Assembly: GCF_006345805.1 (NCBI RefSeq)
Contig: NC_042999.1
Span: 112,220,001-112,284,000, forward strand
Length of the DNA stretch: 64,000 bases
Source: Octopus sinensis
Taxonomy: Eukaryota
Direction of reading: 5' to 3'
This document shows positions 12,857 through 24,950 of the stretch, one piece after another. The translations under genes were made by a program, and so were the position numbers. Below the pieces are notes generated by a model, which saw only the letters and a list, made by a program, of their open reading frames with translations, did no database searches and was not told the DNA's origin. The stretch's first letter is position 1; every line of letters begins with the position of its first letter.

Positions 12857-13414
12857 TTATGGAGATAACGCAATGCGCCATCTCATAATTTTATCCTTTT
12901 TAATTTTACCCGGCGCTTTATAATTATATATGAATGCAACACAACGGTAATCAGTAATTAATGTAAAATGTCTACCTAGAAGAAAGTGTCTCCAATTATG
13001 AATTGATTCGATAATTGCTTCCTTTTCAACTGAGTAGTACTGTTCGCTACCTTGTAGCGTGCGAGAATGGAATGCGACTCGTTTTCCATCTTGATTTAGC
13101 ATCTCAGATATAATAAAATCCGAAGCATCCGTCTCAACAGTAAACGGAATGTTCTCATCTATTATTTGAATGGCAGCATTGGCTAGTTCTACCTTTAATG
13201 ACTCAAATGCTTTTACTTGTTGGCTGTTTAGAGGAAATTTTAATACGTTATTTAGAGGATATATTTTGTCAGAAAATTTGGAGATCCACTTAGCATAATA
13301 AGAAAACATCCCGACTATTCGTTTTAATGATTTCTGGTCAGTTGGTATAGGAAGATTGAGGAGTAGAGCAAACCTTTCTATGTGAGATATAGTATCGAAG
13401 AATTTGCATAACAT
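12857..13414 (-). pseudogene. Ty3/Gypsy RT-connection and RNase H (decayed)
   Basis: LKRIVGMFSYYAKWI, FTVETDASD, VAFHSRTL, WRHFLLGRHFTLITD, KIMRWRIAL; RNase H then integrase then PPT/LTR order. Confidence 0.92.
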
Positions 13415-13690
13415 TTTGTGTATATCATACAGGAGTAACGAAGTTTCATTACAGGTTTGTTGTTCATGCAGACTGCTGTGAATTTAATTTCGTTCGTGTC
13501 TGAAGTTGATTCCACCCAAGAGAAAATTGGTTATCCTTCATTAGATATGGGTTCTTCTTCTGTAAATAGGATTACTTCTTCATAAAAGCTGTACCTCACC
13601 TCGCATTTTTATGCAACATAGCTACCTAATGTCTTAGGAAGGACTTCATTTATAAGTGCTCTGTTACTATTAATACTGAAAATGTTCATT

Positions 13691-13768
13691 ATATAGAAGT
13701 CATGTTGTCTCAATTTATATAGAGGTCATGTTGTCTCAATTTATATAGAGGTCATGTTGTCTCAATTT
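13691..13768. repeat. 26-bp minisatellite, about 3 units
   Basis: gtcatgttgtctcaatttatatagag units start at 13699, 13725 and 13751. Confidence 0.9.
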
Positions 13769-15675
13769 AAACATGCCCTTTCATTCAAGAACCTAAATAA
13801 ATGCAAATCTACATATTTGATTCAATTGATATGGTACATAAAAATAAGTGAAGTCCCATAAAAATTTCTTGGTCTGTGATATGAACCGTATTTCTTTACA
13901 TGGGTGACGGAGGTAAGTGCATTGTATGCTCACTAGAAGCACTTAAAGTTATAAAAAACATAGGGATCAGGTAAAGAAAAGTAACGAAATTTTAATTATG
14001 TGCCCGTACAAATACAATGGGACTGTTTGTAAGATTTCTTTAGCGTAGGTTATTTTTCTTCATAATGAGTCTTAAATCTTAATATCTTAAATTTTAATAT
14101 CGGTTCATGACATTACGACTCCTTCTCAACAACGCACTATTTAGTTAATTAAATTAGTAAAAAGAATATAGGATTTCGAACTTATTCAAATACATGCCCG
14201 CTTAGTTCATATGATTCTTGTTCGATCTTCCATCTGATTGGGATTATTTAATAATCTATACCCTATATGTTCCATCATTATGCTCTGTATGCTTTATTCT
14301 TATTTCCCATATGCACATATTTTCAATTCCAAACACAAGTACTGCTCATACCATGATAGGACTTGATATTTTTCTGATATTGTCTTTTAAAATTATATAT
14401 TTATATTGCTTATATTTGCTTATTTGTATGATTTGACATTATTTTATATTTTGATAGTCTTGTATTTTGTATACTTGTAAATTGTTAATAAATGGATATT
14501 TGAATATTTTTTATTTATGCTTATATACTTCTATATCCCGATATTTAATAGCTATGTATATTATATTTATATATCCTATAATATACGACGTTTCGCTCAT
14601 TATTTTATTCGCTTATATTGTTATATTAATATGTTACGTTTCATTATGTTGATTTATTTTATACCATTGTAACGACTCTAATTGTTGCAGTATTCAAAAA
14701 TTTTCCTTTGAACTTCTGTATATGTCATCCGAGTTGCGCATGTTAATTCCTCCTCTACTACTATAGAACCCACAATTTACTTGGAGATCATAATAACTGT
14801 ATTCTTCACAACCAATCGAAATTTTGTCTAAGTAGTTTTGTAATAAGAATTATTTACAAACTATCAGTTTTTAATTTTAAGCATTTTACATTTAACTTTA
14901 GTTTGTTATTATTAAATGTAGTGTTTAAATCTAAAAACTCGGAGATAAACTATCCAATGGTTTTACTCTTTCATTCTTATATTATTCCTTATTTCAATTT
15001 CAGTTCTTTAACCCTAAATTCTAAGAAGCTTTCAACCTTAATACCTGACGCTTCATTTGTGAGTTTTATTTCTAAATTTCATTTCGAGGTATATTCATGT
15101 CTTCACCACAAGTCCTTCGCCGGATTTCATTGATTTTCGACTATCTGGTGTATCAGTTTCAGCACTGACGGTTTTCTCAGTCACATAACTGGTATCCCCG
15201 CCTTCATATATTCCCTTATTGCTCATCCGTGATCCCTGAAACTGATTATGGTTATTGTTTCAACCTGAGTCTTTATCTCATACACATAACATGTTTCAGG
15301 TATTTTGTTGTTTTGGAGAGTTATTACGCCAATAATAATAACACACACGCACAGGTTCAATTCCACTTCTTTATTGTTAGTCGGTTGGTTAAATATCTAA
15401 CCAACAAACTAATCGATCGTTTGCTTAATGAGATGGTTAAATAATAGGTAAAAATGTGTTGGTTAAATAATAGGTAAGTTCTTTCGTCGCTTGTCGCGAT
15501 TTTTTCATTCTTACAACCTTGTCTACGATTTTCCATTTACCCCTATTCTATAATTGTGTTACTTTTATTCGTATTCTTATTTTCATTTTCATCCTCATCA
15601 GCAGCATCAGCAACAGCATCGTGGATATAACCCTATCTCTTGTTCCACTTCTCTTAATTCTATTATTATTATTAC

Positions 15676-15725
<50 letters not shown>

Positions 15726-15735
15726 TATTATTATT

Positions 15736-16290
15736 GAGTGAGCGAGCAGCGCATGCCATCAAAGTGAAACTGGGGTACAATTTTACGAAGCCCAATATAC
15801 CCATCATGATTACCCGTCCGGTATGGTTACACTAGGCACATGCATCAGAACCATGTATGCATGACATGATGATCTCATATCAAGATAAACAACACATGAC
15901 CTTGCAGGTGGAGCCCAGTTAGACTTTTCTTCAGGTCGAGTACCTCATCCCGCGCAAAAGATCCCCGAGTAACGCTTGTTTAAGGATGCCAAACGAAACA
16001 CCTATGTTTCCAGAGGTGAATCATTCAAACCCAAAAGAATTCCTTTCAACACATGGCTATGATGCTCCCCCCACTATTTCTGCTCGTGATCAGAGATGCA
16101 CATATCGTCAGCCACTAAGGGACATGCTCAACCGGTTAAGGTCAAACAACTGACAAGCAAATCTGTGGTATTGGGCAGAATATTTGCTGTAGCCCATCTT
16201 TTATACCAAAGCAAAACAATGTACATAACACTTCCAATCAATTCAGATCAAAAGCCACGAGAGCCACTGTCTGGTATTGCATCAGGACAT
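15736..16290. mobile_element. (TAA)n-flanked ~555-bp module, copy 1
   Basis: gagtgagcgagc...gcatcaggacat, colinear end to end with 17648-18204; (TTA)n on both sides. Confidence 0.75.
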
Positions 16291-16301
16291 TATTATCATC
16301 A

Positions 16302-16348
<47 letters not shown>

Positions 16349-16352
16349 GTTA

Positions 16353-16384
<32 letters not shown>

Positions 16385-16455
16385 GTTTTTGTTATTATTA
16401 TTATTATTATATATTATTATTATTTTATTATTATTATTATATTATTATATTATCA

Positions 16456-16510
<55 letters not shown>
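16291..16510. repeat. Long imperfect (ATT)n tract
   Basis: Directly visible; explains the poly-Y/I/L ORFs. Confidence 0.95.
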
Positions 16511-16512
<2 letters not shown>

Positions 16513-16727
16513 GGCGGCGAGCTGGCAGAAACGTTAGCACGCCGGGCGAAATGTTTAGCGGTGTTTCGTCTGCCTTTACGTTCTGAGTTCAAATTCCGCC
16601 GAGGTCGACATTGCCTTTCATCCTTTCAGAGTCGATAAATTAAGTACCAGTTGTGTCCTGGGGTCGATCTAATCGACTGCCTCCCTCCCAAAAAATTTCG
16701 GGCCTTGTGCCTAGAGTAGAAAAGGTT
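16511..16727 (+). mobile_element. SINE family 1, (ATT)-tailed variant
   Basis: aaggcggcgagctggcagaaacg head; tail gggccttgtgcctagagtagaaaaggttatt. Confidence 0.9.
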
Positions 16728-16741
16728 ATTACTATTATTAT

Positions 16742-17612
16742 TATCATTCAGTTTTATCATTCAGTTTTATTTTTATAGCGTGCTTTCACTTCACTACCGA
16801 GCGCAGCTCTGTGTGCCTTAGGTATGTGCTGTGATTTGTTGCGATGCTCTGATGGTTATTGTATGGAAAGTGTTCTGCGTAGGATGTGTGCAGTGCCTAG
16901 TAGTGCAATTTTCTGTATGTTATATGTGTTTGTAAGTCCTGGTGTTTTTGTTATGTATTTGTCTGAATATTTTTTTATCATGCCTAATGCACCTACTATG
17001 ATAGGAATTGTTTCTGTTTTTAGATTCCACATTCTGGTTACCTCTATTTCCAGGTCTTTGTATTTTGAAAGTTTCTCCATTTCTTTTAGAGACACGTTGT
17101 CATCTGCCGGTATTGATACATCAATTAGAAAGCATTTTTTTTCTTCATGATCTCTGACAACTATATCTGGTCTGTTGGCCTTAATTTCTCTATCTGTGTG
17201 TATCGGCATATCCCAGAGTATGATTGCTTTCTCGTTTTCTGTGATCTTTTCTGGTGCGTGCCTATACCATCTTTTTTCTGTTGTTATTCCATAATGTTGG
17301 CATAGCTTCCAGTGTATGTAGGTTCCAACTCTGTCATGTCTGTGAATATATTCCTTCTTAGCCAGGACTGGGCAGCCAGAGATAATATGATTTATTGTTT
17401 CTTGTGCATCTCCACATATTCTGCAGTTACTTGTTATATTTCTTTTCATTACATGTTTTTGGTAATTTCTGGTGGGGAGGCTTTGGTCTTGTGCTGCAAT
17501 TAAAAATCCCTCTGTCTCTGCTTTGAGTCCTGAGCTTCTCAACCATTGCTGGGATTTTTCTTTGTCTATTTCTTTTGCGTTTAGTTTAGTCCAGTATTTA
17601 CTATGAACGGGC

Positions 17613-17614
<2 letters not shown>
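16742..17614 (-). mobile_element. R4/Dong-type LINE subfamily A, 3' 870 bp (CCHC finger, restriction-like endonuclease, 3' UTR)
   Basis: CRICGDAQETINHIISGC finger, RHD, RPDIV...LIDVSIP...K..KY endonuclease motif; (TAA)n at both ends. Confidence 0.92.
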
Positions 17615-17647
<33 letters not shown>

Positions 17648-17752
17648 GAGTGAGCGAGCAGAGCATGCCATCAAAGTGACACTGGGGTAAAATATATGAA
17701 GCCCAGTATACCCATCATGACTACCCGTCTGATAAGGGTACACCAGGCACAT
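16856..17752 (-). CDS. 298-aa open ORF: module-derived N-terminus, N11 linker, R4-type zinc finger and endonuclease, no RT
   Basis: Uninterrupted in the ORF track; (AAT)11 at 17615-17647 is read as poly-Asn. No evidence of expression. Confidence 0.4.
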
Positions 17753-18201
17753 GCATCACAACCATATGTGCGCGACATGGTGATCTCATATCAAGATAAA
17801 CAGCACATGACCTTGCAGGTGGAGCCCAGTTAGAATTTTCTTCAGATCGAGTAACCCATCCCGCGCAAAAGGTCCCTGAATAAGGGTTGTTTAAGGACGT
17901 TGAACGAAACACCCATGTTTCCAGAGGTGAATTATTCAAACCCCAAAGAATCCTTCTCAACACATGGCTATGATGCTCCCCCACTACTTCTGCTCGTGAT
18001 CAGAGATGCACAAATTGTCAGCCACTAAGGGACATGCTCAACTGGTTAAGGTCAAACAACTGACAAGCAAATCTGTGGTATTGAGCAGAATATTTGCTGT
18101 AGACCATCTTTTATACCAAGACAAAACAATGTACATGATAACACTTCCAATCAGTTAAGATCAGAAGCCATGAGAGCCACTGCCTGGTACTGCATCAGGG
18201 C

Positions 18202-18204
<3 letters not shown>
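17648..18204. mobile_element. (TAA)n-flanked ~555-bp module, copy 2
   Basis: Same termini as copy 1; (TTA)n at 17615-17647 and from 18205. Confidence 0.75.
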
Positions 18205-18237
<33 letters not shown>

Positions 18238-18961
18238 CATTATTATTATTATAAGTAGTAGTAGTAGTAGTACACAACCTTATACATACATACGTGTGTG
18301 TATCTGTGTGCGTGTGTGTATGTGTTTGCGTATGCATACCCACATGGCATTGGTTTGTTCGTGGCTATAATAAAAGACATTCTTACCCAATGTGCCACAG
18401 AGTGAAACCAAACCCTATATCAGTTGGTTGTGAAGTAAACTTCATAACCACGTAGCCGTTTCTGTACCGATATACTAGAAATAACCGTCAAATAGCAAAT
18501 TACCGATGACTGTTTTAAAAATGGACGACAAATTGCATAAGGTCTACGAAGCTTAAGAAATTAAGCTGAAGCTTATGGATGGAAAGCCTTCGATCATAAA
18601 TCTGTTGGATCCTGGCTGGCCCGTCCCTAAAAAACAATATTTTTGTTTTCATCCAGGTACCGTGTTACTTTATGATCTATATCCCAGCGTTTCACAATCA
18701 CAGTTTATTATGTTGCTTGCAATGATAATGCTCTTACTTCCATCTACCTGTTCTGCGACTTCTAACTCATATAAGAAAGAAAATTAGCAAAGTTCTAATT
18801 ATAGTTATATTTTGTTTTATTCCAATCAGTTACAATAACTTTGAATACTGAAACTTTTGACAAATAGAATGTTGACGTTAATTCACACCAACACAAGTAT
18901 AACTCTTAGAACTGAAGAACTGTAATTTACCTCATGTTACTACTATTACTACTACTACTAC

Positions 18962-19059
<98 letters not shown>

Positions 19060-19060
<1 letters not shown>

Positions 19061-19200
19061 TTCGAATTTACAGAAAACAAAAAACGAAGACAGGTGAGGG
19101 AACATAGTTTGACGCTCGGGTAGAATGGAAAAGTCTTTCACGTTTCGAGCCTACTCTCTTTGACAGAAAGGACTGAGAAGAAGAAAAAATAGAGAACGAA
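19060..19200 (-). mobile_element. Penelope-type terminal repeat relic with a degenerate hammerhead-like motif
   Basis: Minus strand gtccttt-CTGTCAAA-GAG-agtagg-CTC-GAAAC-GTG-aaagac at 19133-19173. Confidence 0.45.
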
Positions 19201-19567
19201 AAAGAAACGGGGATCTTTGTAGTCTTTGTCATTGTCTCCAATTATGTTCCATTTATTTTAAAATTTGGTATATGGATTAAGTTTTGTATACTAATTATAA
19301 AAATACAATTCGTTTTTCCTATAAATCCATAATTAAAAAGTTATTAACCTTTAAAATTTGTAAAATTTGGGTATTTTAGCCTATCAGAAGCGAGTATTTT
19401 ATACATCACCGTGGTGAAGAACTCTGTTTCCATTGTAATCAAGGTAAAGAAACACCGCGTGTTCCATAGCTGATTGCGGAAAACTCTGTTTCCATTGTAA
19501 CCAAAGATGCTGTACATACACAAAGGTGTGTAACCACCACGTGTTCTATAATTGTTTGTTTTCATAA

Positions 19568-19755
19568 CAGATGGGGCACATACTCAACCAATTGAAAGTA
19601 TCTGGGCATCTTTAAAGCGTGGAAACAAACGCCGATGTGGAATTCACCGTTCCATGATTGACTCATCTTTGTGAATTTATGTGGAGAAAGAAATATGAGA
19701 AAGGTAATTTATTTTATAAAATCCTAGAGTGTACTGCAAACTTTCGTTCTTGGAT
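19568..19755 (+). pseudogene. Merlin (ISXO2/IS1016-like) transposase C-terminal remnant
   Basis: TDGAHTQPIESIWASLKRGNKRRCGIHRSMIDS, then after a frameshift LCEFMWRKKY; matches the HTQxIESxW...EFxWR signature. Confidence 0.75.
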
Positions 19756-20216
19756 GTTTTTAACAAATAAATGTCTGTTATAAGCAATGTTTTGACTGTT
19801 ATTTCTAGCAACTCCTGTTGGTTTGCTCGTAGCTTTTAAATATTCAATTTGCTCACAAATGTCTTAATGTTTTTCACTGCTTACTGTAGCTATTTTGATG
19901 TTCTGACATGCCGGTGCCCCCTCCCCGCCCTGATGATGGAAAAGGCAGCGAACGTGCTGTTTTCTGATTGGCTGAAAATTCTGAAAATTATCAAACTTTG
20001 AACACCTGTAACATTTTTGCAAATTTTTTCCAGAATAAATTAATAACAAATTCGGATTCGGCGTCAAAAATTACATCTATATGATATATTAAAAATTTTT
20101 TTTTAAGATTTTGACACGAAGCGACGAAAATCACAATGATCCAGAAACGGTGACAGAAAAAATGTATGTGGATTAAAGGTTCAGCATAAGGAAATGTGTG
20201 TGGGGCGGGGTCAGTG

Positions 20217-20504
20217 ACTTTTGCCGAACCACTAAGTTACGGGGGCGTAAACACACAAACATCGGTGTTAATCGGTGATGGGGGACAAACACAAACATAT
20301 ACACAAACACCACACTTATATATACATATGTGTGTGTGTGTATGTGACAGGCTTCTTTCAGTTTCCGACTACGAAATCCACTCACAAAGCTTAGGTTGGT
20401 CCGAGGCTATAATAGAAGACACTTGCTCAAGGTGCCACGCAGTGGGACTGAACTCGGAACCATGTGATTGGGAAGGAAGCTTTTTACCACACAGCCACTC
20501 CTAT
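20217..20504 (-). mobile_element. SINE family 2
   Basis: Minus strand ggagtggctgtgtggtaa...gagttcagtcccactgcgtggcaccttgagcaagtgtcttc head and body, then a microsatellite and the 3' part. Confidence 0.85.
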
Positions 20505-21251
20505 AGTGTAAACATTCGAACATCGTCCCTATCTGTCCAAATCTTGCTGTATTTCAAATGGCATTTTTGGTCCTCCAAAGTCGACCTAACTTTGTTGGCA
20601 GTAAGTTTTGGCCTGATAAATTCGACTTGTTCGTCAGAAAATACGGTACATATTTGTGCATATGAGATTACTTTTAGCAGGTATTATATCTATCATTTCG
20701 GCAGTGTAAACTGTACTCTGTTACTTACATGCGACACTATTTAAGATTCACATTAAACTCTATTATAACTTACGTTAAAAAGAAAATTAACAAAAATATA
20801 ACGTGGGTTATATTTTGTTTACGCCAATCAGTTATGATTTTTGAATATTGGAACTTTTGATAAACAGAATGTTGACGATAATTCATGCAAATATAAGTAT
20901 AAAACATAACGACTGTTTTTTTTCTTTTTTCGATTTTGTTTGTGTTACACTCTTTCACACTTCTTAAATCTTTAAAACTGTCTTAAACCTCAATATCCCT
21001 TATCAATATTAATATACCATTTAATCTTTCAAGTATTCTAGGTTATACGTTTTTAAGCGAAAATATAACAAAATAAAGAGAACAAAATATAATATAAATA
21101 AGGAAATAAAAATAAGCAATTCGGATTATCTGCTTTTAATACATTCTTCTAATATTAATGAAAAAATATATATTACTCCAATCATAAAAATGTTTCGTAT
21201 GCGACTGGTATGTGAGTGCACATGTATGCATGGATGTCTACATATGTGGTG

Positions 21252-21282
<31 letters not shown>

Positions 21283-21784
21283 GTGTGTGTGTGTGTGCAT
21301 TTTTACGTATTCAAATATGTAGAAATCTATGAATCTGCATGTGCGTGCACATGTGTGTGCTCGTATCTGTATGTATGTGAATAGATCAATATCTATTTCA
21401 AAGCAAGCAACATAGTAGTCACCTCATAATTTTTCCGGATAGGAAGTTATCTAAATGCCAAACACGTTTTAATTAAAACTTCATGAGAAAAAAAAGAAAT
21501 TTTTTTTCAACGGAAATGTTTAAAACATCCAAATTTTGAAATAATTTTTTTCGTCTTCTTCCTTTTAGGTTGGCAAAGAAATAGACAAGTATAAAACTAT
21601 CAAAGGAAGTTTTTTTGCTCCATAGAGATTGTTTTTTTGTTTTTTATAGGAATACCCATGGATCACAATTTTAAAAAATAGTTTTGACGGGAACGGAAAC
21701 GTCATTTTTTTCTGTAAAATGTCTAAAAATTTAAGTAGATTATTTTAAGCTGAAATTCAAATGTTTGTTTCTTTTGAAAAAATC

Positions 21785-21824
21785 TCTCTATCTCTCTTAC
21801 TCTCTCTTCGTCTCTTTCTCTCTG

Positions 21825-21915
<91 letters not shown>
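21785..21915. repeat. (TC)n microsatellite
   Basis: Directly visible. Confidence 0.95.
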
Positions 21916-21917
<2 letters not shown>

Positions 21918-22693
21918 TTCTCCTTCCAGACCTCCCAACAAATTAATTTCTTACATGAAGAAAAAGAAAAAAAATCGTTCTCTGTCTCGATTGCATGATT
22001 CAAATAAGTTTAGCAGTGTGAGAGAAGTGAAAAAAATTGTTAAAAATACTGAGAATTCAGAATAAGCTAAAAGCTTGTAAGCATTATGCTTTATTTACTG
22101 ATAAATTAATTTTAAACACAGAACAATAAAATGTATATACATATATACATATATACAAACATACATACTTATATACTCACTCGCATACACAAGCACACGT
22201 ACAAAACATACATACATGCGCGCGCACACACACGCACATGCACACACGCACATGCGCGCGCGCACACACACACATACATGAAATAATTATCTGGAGTAAA
22301 AAATACCGAATTTATTTTTTCCTTCATATTTTGGTAACCTTTCTTCTTCATTCCTTTTCTTTTTGTAAAATCAAAATACAATGGAAGAAAATCCAAGTTT
22401 AGAAAAAATATGGATTTATAATCGTTTTTTTAAAGTTTGGGTAAAGAATGAGGTATAGAAAAATAAAAGTTGTACTAACTTTTTTTTGTACTTTTTTCTG
22501 CTTGCCTTTAAAAATGAAAGCCAGCTTCTTTTTCTGATAAAATAGTAAATGGTAAAATATTTAAAAAGAACGAAGCATAAATTATAGATATTATTTTGAT
22601 TATCCTATGTAAGAATTTTATATATTCCTTGTTTTTTGGTGGAGGTTATTTTTCATACATATATAGAGCGAGAGAGGGACATACATACTTAAC

Positions 22694-22773
<80 letters not shown>

Positions 22774-23463
22774 TAGACATACATATGCCCCACATCGAAA
22801 GAAAAATAGATTCTTTAATATCATAAATGCTTCGAAAACATAGGGTGCCAATCTGAGAATAGAAACCACAACTTAAAGTTTTTTCTCAACTCTTTATGGC
22901 AATTCAGATTCTCTTGACACAGATTTATATGTAAACATAAAAACTTCATTTTCTGAAAACTCAAATGTTATTTCTTTCATAGTATCAACAACGAATTGTT
23001 TAGTTTAACAAGGAAAATATATAATTCACCCGTAAATATGTTTCTTAACCATTTCGTAACTACGTTTCTTATAAAATAGCATTATGGGCTTCAATTAATT
23101 TTGAAAATAATCAAGAACTTCGAGAAAGCTTTTAAAATTATTGTTTTTTGTTTTTTCATTATTTAGCTTAGTTTTTGAGATATAACATAAATTGTTTTAC
23201 ATAAAATTATGATGGAAGATTTTAAATTTAGAAATGGAAGTTTTATACCAGACAAGTTTTCTCTTAAAGAATTCAAAATGGATCGCGTCAATAAATTCAA
23301 AGTTATTTTTTTAAAATTCACTTATGACAACATTGCTGATTTACATGTTCACCTGAATGTTGATGCTGTTGCTGTTGTTGTTAAGCCCCAGGTTTGCCTT
23401 GTCTGAGCAGATCTACAAATGAATTTCATCTCTAACCATTTCATCTAAATTTTTTCTCCAGAT

Positions 23464-23910
23464 AGGCGTAGAAATAGTAGTTAAGTAGTTCACTTTTTAA
23501 CCAGCTAGTATCGAGTTCAGTCCCACTGCGTAGCGTCTTGAAGAAGTGTCTTCTGACACACTTCAAGCTGACCAATGCCTTGTCAATAAATTTGTGGGAC
23601 CGAAACTGTTTGGAAGTTCCCCCCTCTCTCTCTCTTTCTTTCTTTCTATTTATATATATTTATATAGAGACGACGGACTTCTATACACACGCATATATAT
23701 ATATGTTCATGTGTCTTTGTGTTTTCTCTCACATACACGCACGAGCAGTTTGACAACCGGTGTTTGTTTATAGCTTCGTAACTTAGCAGTTCGGCAAAAA
23801 AGCCAACTTCAAAAAGTAAGTATCGGAGGGAGTCGATGTGATCGACTAAACCCTTCAAGGCGGTTCCCTTGCAAAACCGCAACCTAATGACTGAAATAAG
23901 TTAAAGAATA
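23464..23910 (+). mobile_element. SINE family 2 (diverged)
   Basis: gagttcagtcccactgcgtagcgtcttgaagaagtgtcttc...ttagcagttcggcaaaa...aaggcggttccc...tgactgaaataag. Confidence 0.75.
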
Positions 23911-24084
23911 AGAGCAAAGAATATAATGTATACAATGCTGAATTATTTTCTGTCCTTTTTTTTTTTTTTGTATTAATATGGTAGACTTTGATCAGAGGAA
24001 AATTTAACTACTATATCTAGAGGTTATGTGACTGCATAGAGACGCCTTTTTCGGTATGTTTACATCAATGTGTTTCAATTGCAT

Positions 24085-24320
24085 ATCATCATCAATATAA
24101 CCATCATCTTCATCGTCATCGTGTTTTAACGTCCATCTTCCATGTTCGAATTGAACGTTTTGTCAGGATCCGGTACGTCCGAGGACTACATCATGTCCCA
24201 ATGTTTACTTTGGTATCGTTCCTTCGGCTACATGTCCTTCCTAACGCCAACTGTTTTACGGAGTATACTGAGAGCTTTATTTCTTTTGTGGCATCAGCGC
24301 TGGTAAGATCACCATGTTGT
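24085..24320 (-). mobile_element. (GAT)n-tailed retroposon 3' end (RTE-like by inference)
   Basis: (CAT)n followed by gtgttttaacgtccatcttccatg; the reverse complement resembles the tail at 4055-4095. Confidence 0.5.
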
Positions 24321-24841
24321 TTGCAAGACTAAGATCTCCTTCGACTGAGTGGGATACAATAGAAATGGATACAGTGAGAGCGAAGGGGGGCCTGAGTAGA
24401 ACAAGGGTGAATAAGTTGTATATATATAGAATATGTGTAACAGATTGAGTTTTTGTTTTATTTTTGTTTTGTTTTTAAGAAAATAGATAAATAATAGTGA
24501 GAAGTGTATATACATGGCACATAAATGAAAATTATTTTCTTGATGTAAAGAGAGTATTTCATCGTTTGAGTAAAACATGCTCGATGCTGATTGATACCAG
24601 AAGGGCATTACATGCCTGGAAGGAGATGAACATAGAACGCAACAAGTACCAGGTCGCACTTTGTAGAATGTAGATGATGATGTTGATGGTAGTGGTGGTG
24701 ATGCGTGGCTAGGTTAACTAAAGTTCAAAAATGGTTATTTACTCTATGTGTGTATGTGTGTGCATTTTATATAGATATAGATAGATAGACAGACAGATAG
24801 ATAGATATACCTATACATATATACATATATATATATGCGCA

Positions 24842-24881
<40 letters not shown>

Positions 24882-24885
24882 CATA

Positions 24886-24950
<65 letters not shown>

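Noticed and set aside
13691-13768. Three 26-bp repeats as a possible CRISPR-like array
   Set aside because: The units are contiguous with no unique spacers, and the context is eukaryotic.
13420-15230. Possible further transposase or LTR-internal remnants in AT-rich sequence
   Set aside because: Only isolated weak peptide matches, with no consistent motif order.
17648-18204. Twister-like (ACACTG...GGT...AAGCCC), hammerhead-like (CTGATGC, CTGAAGA) and Pol III box-like words in the module
   Set aside because: No complete fold or correctly spaced A/B boxes could be assembled by eye; needs a covariance search.
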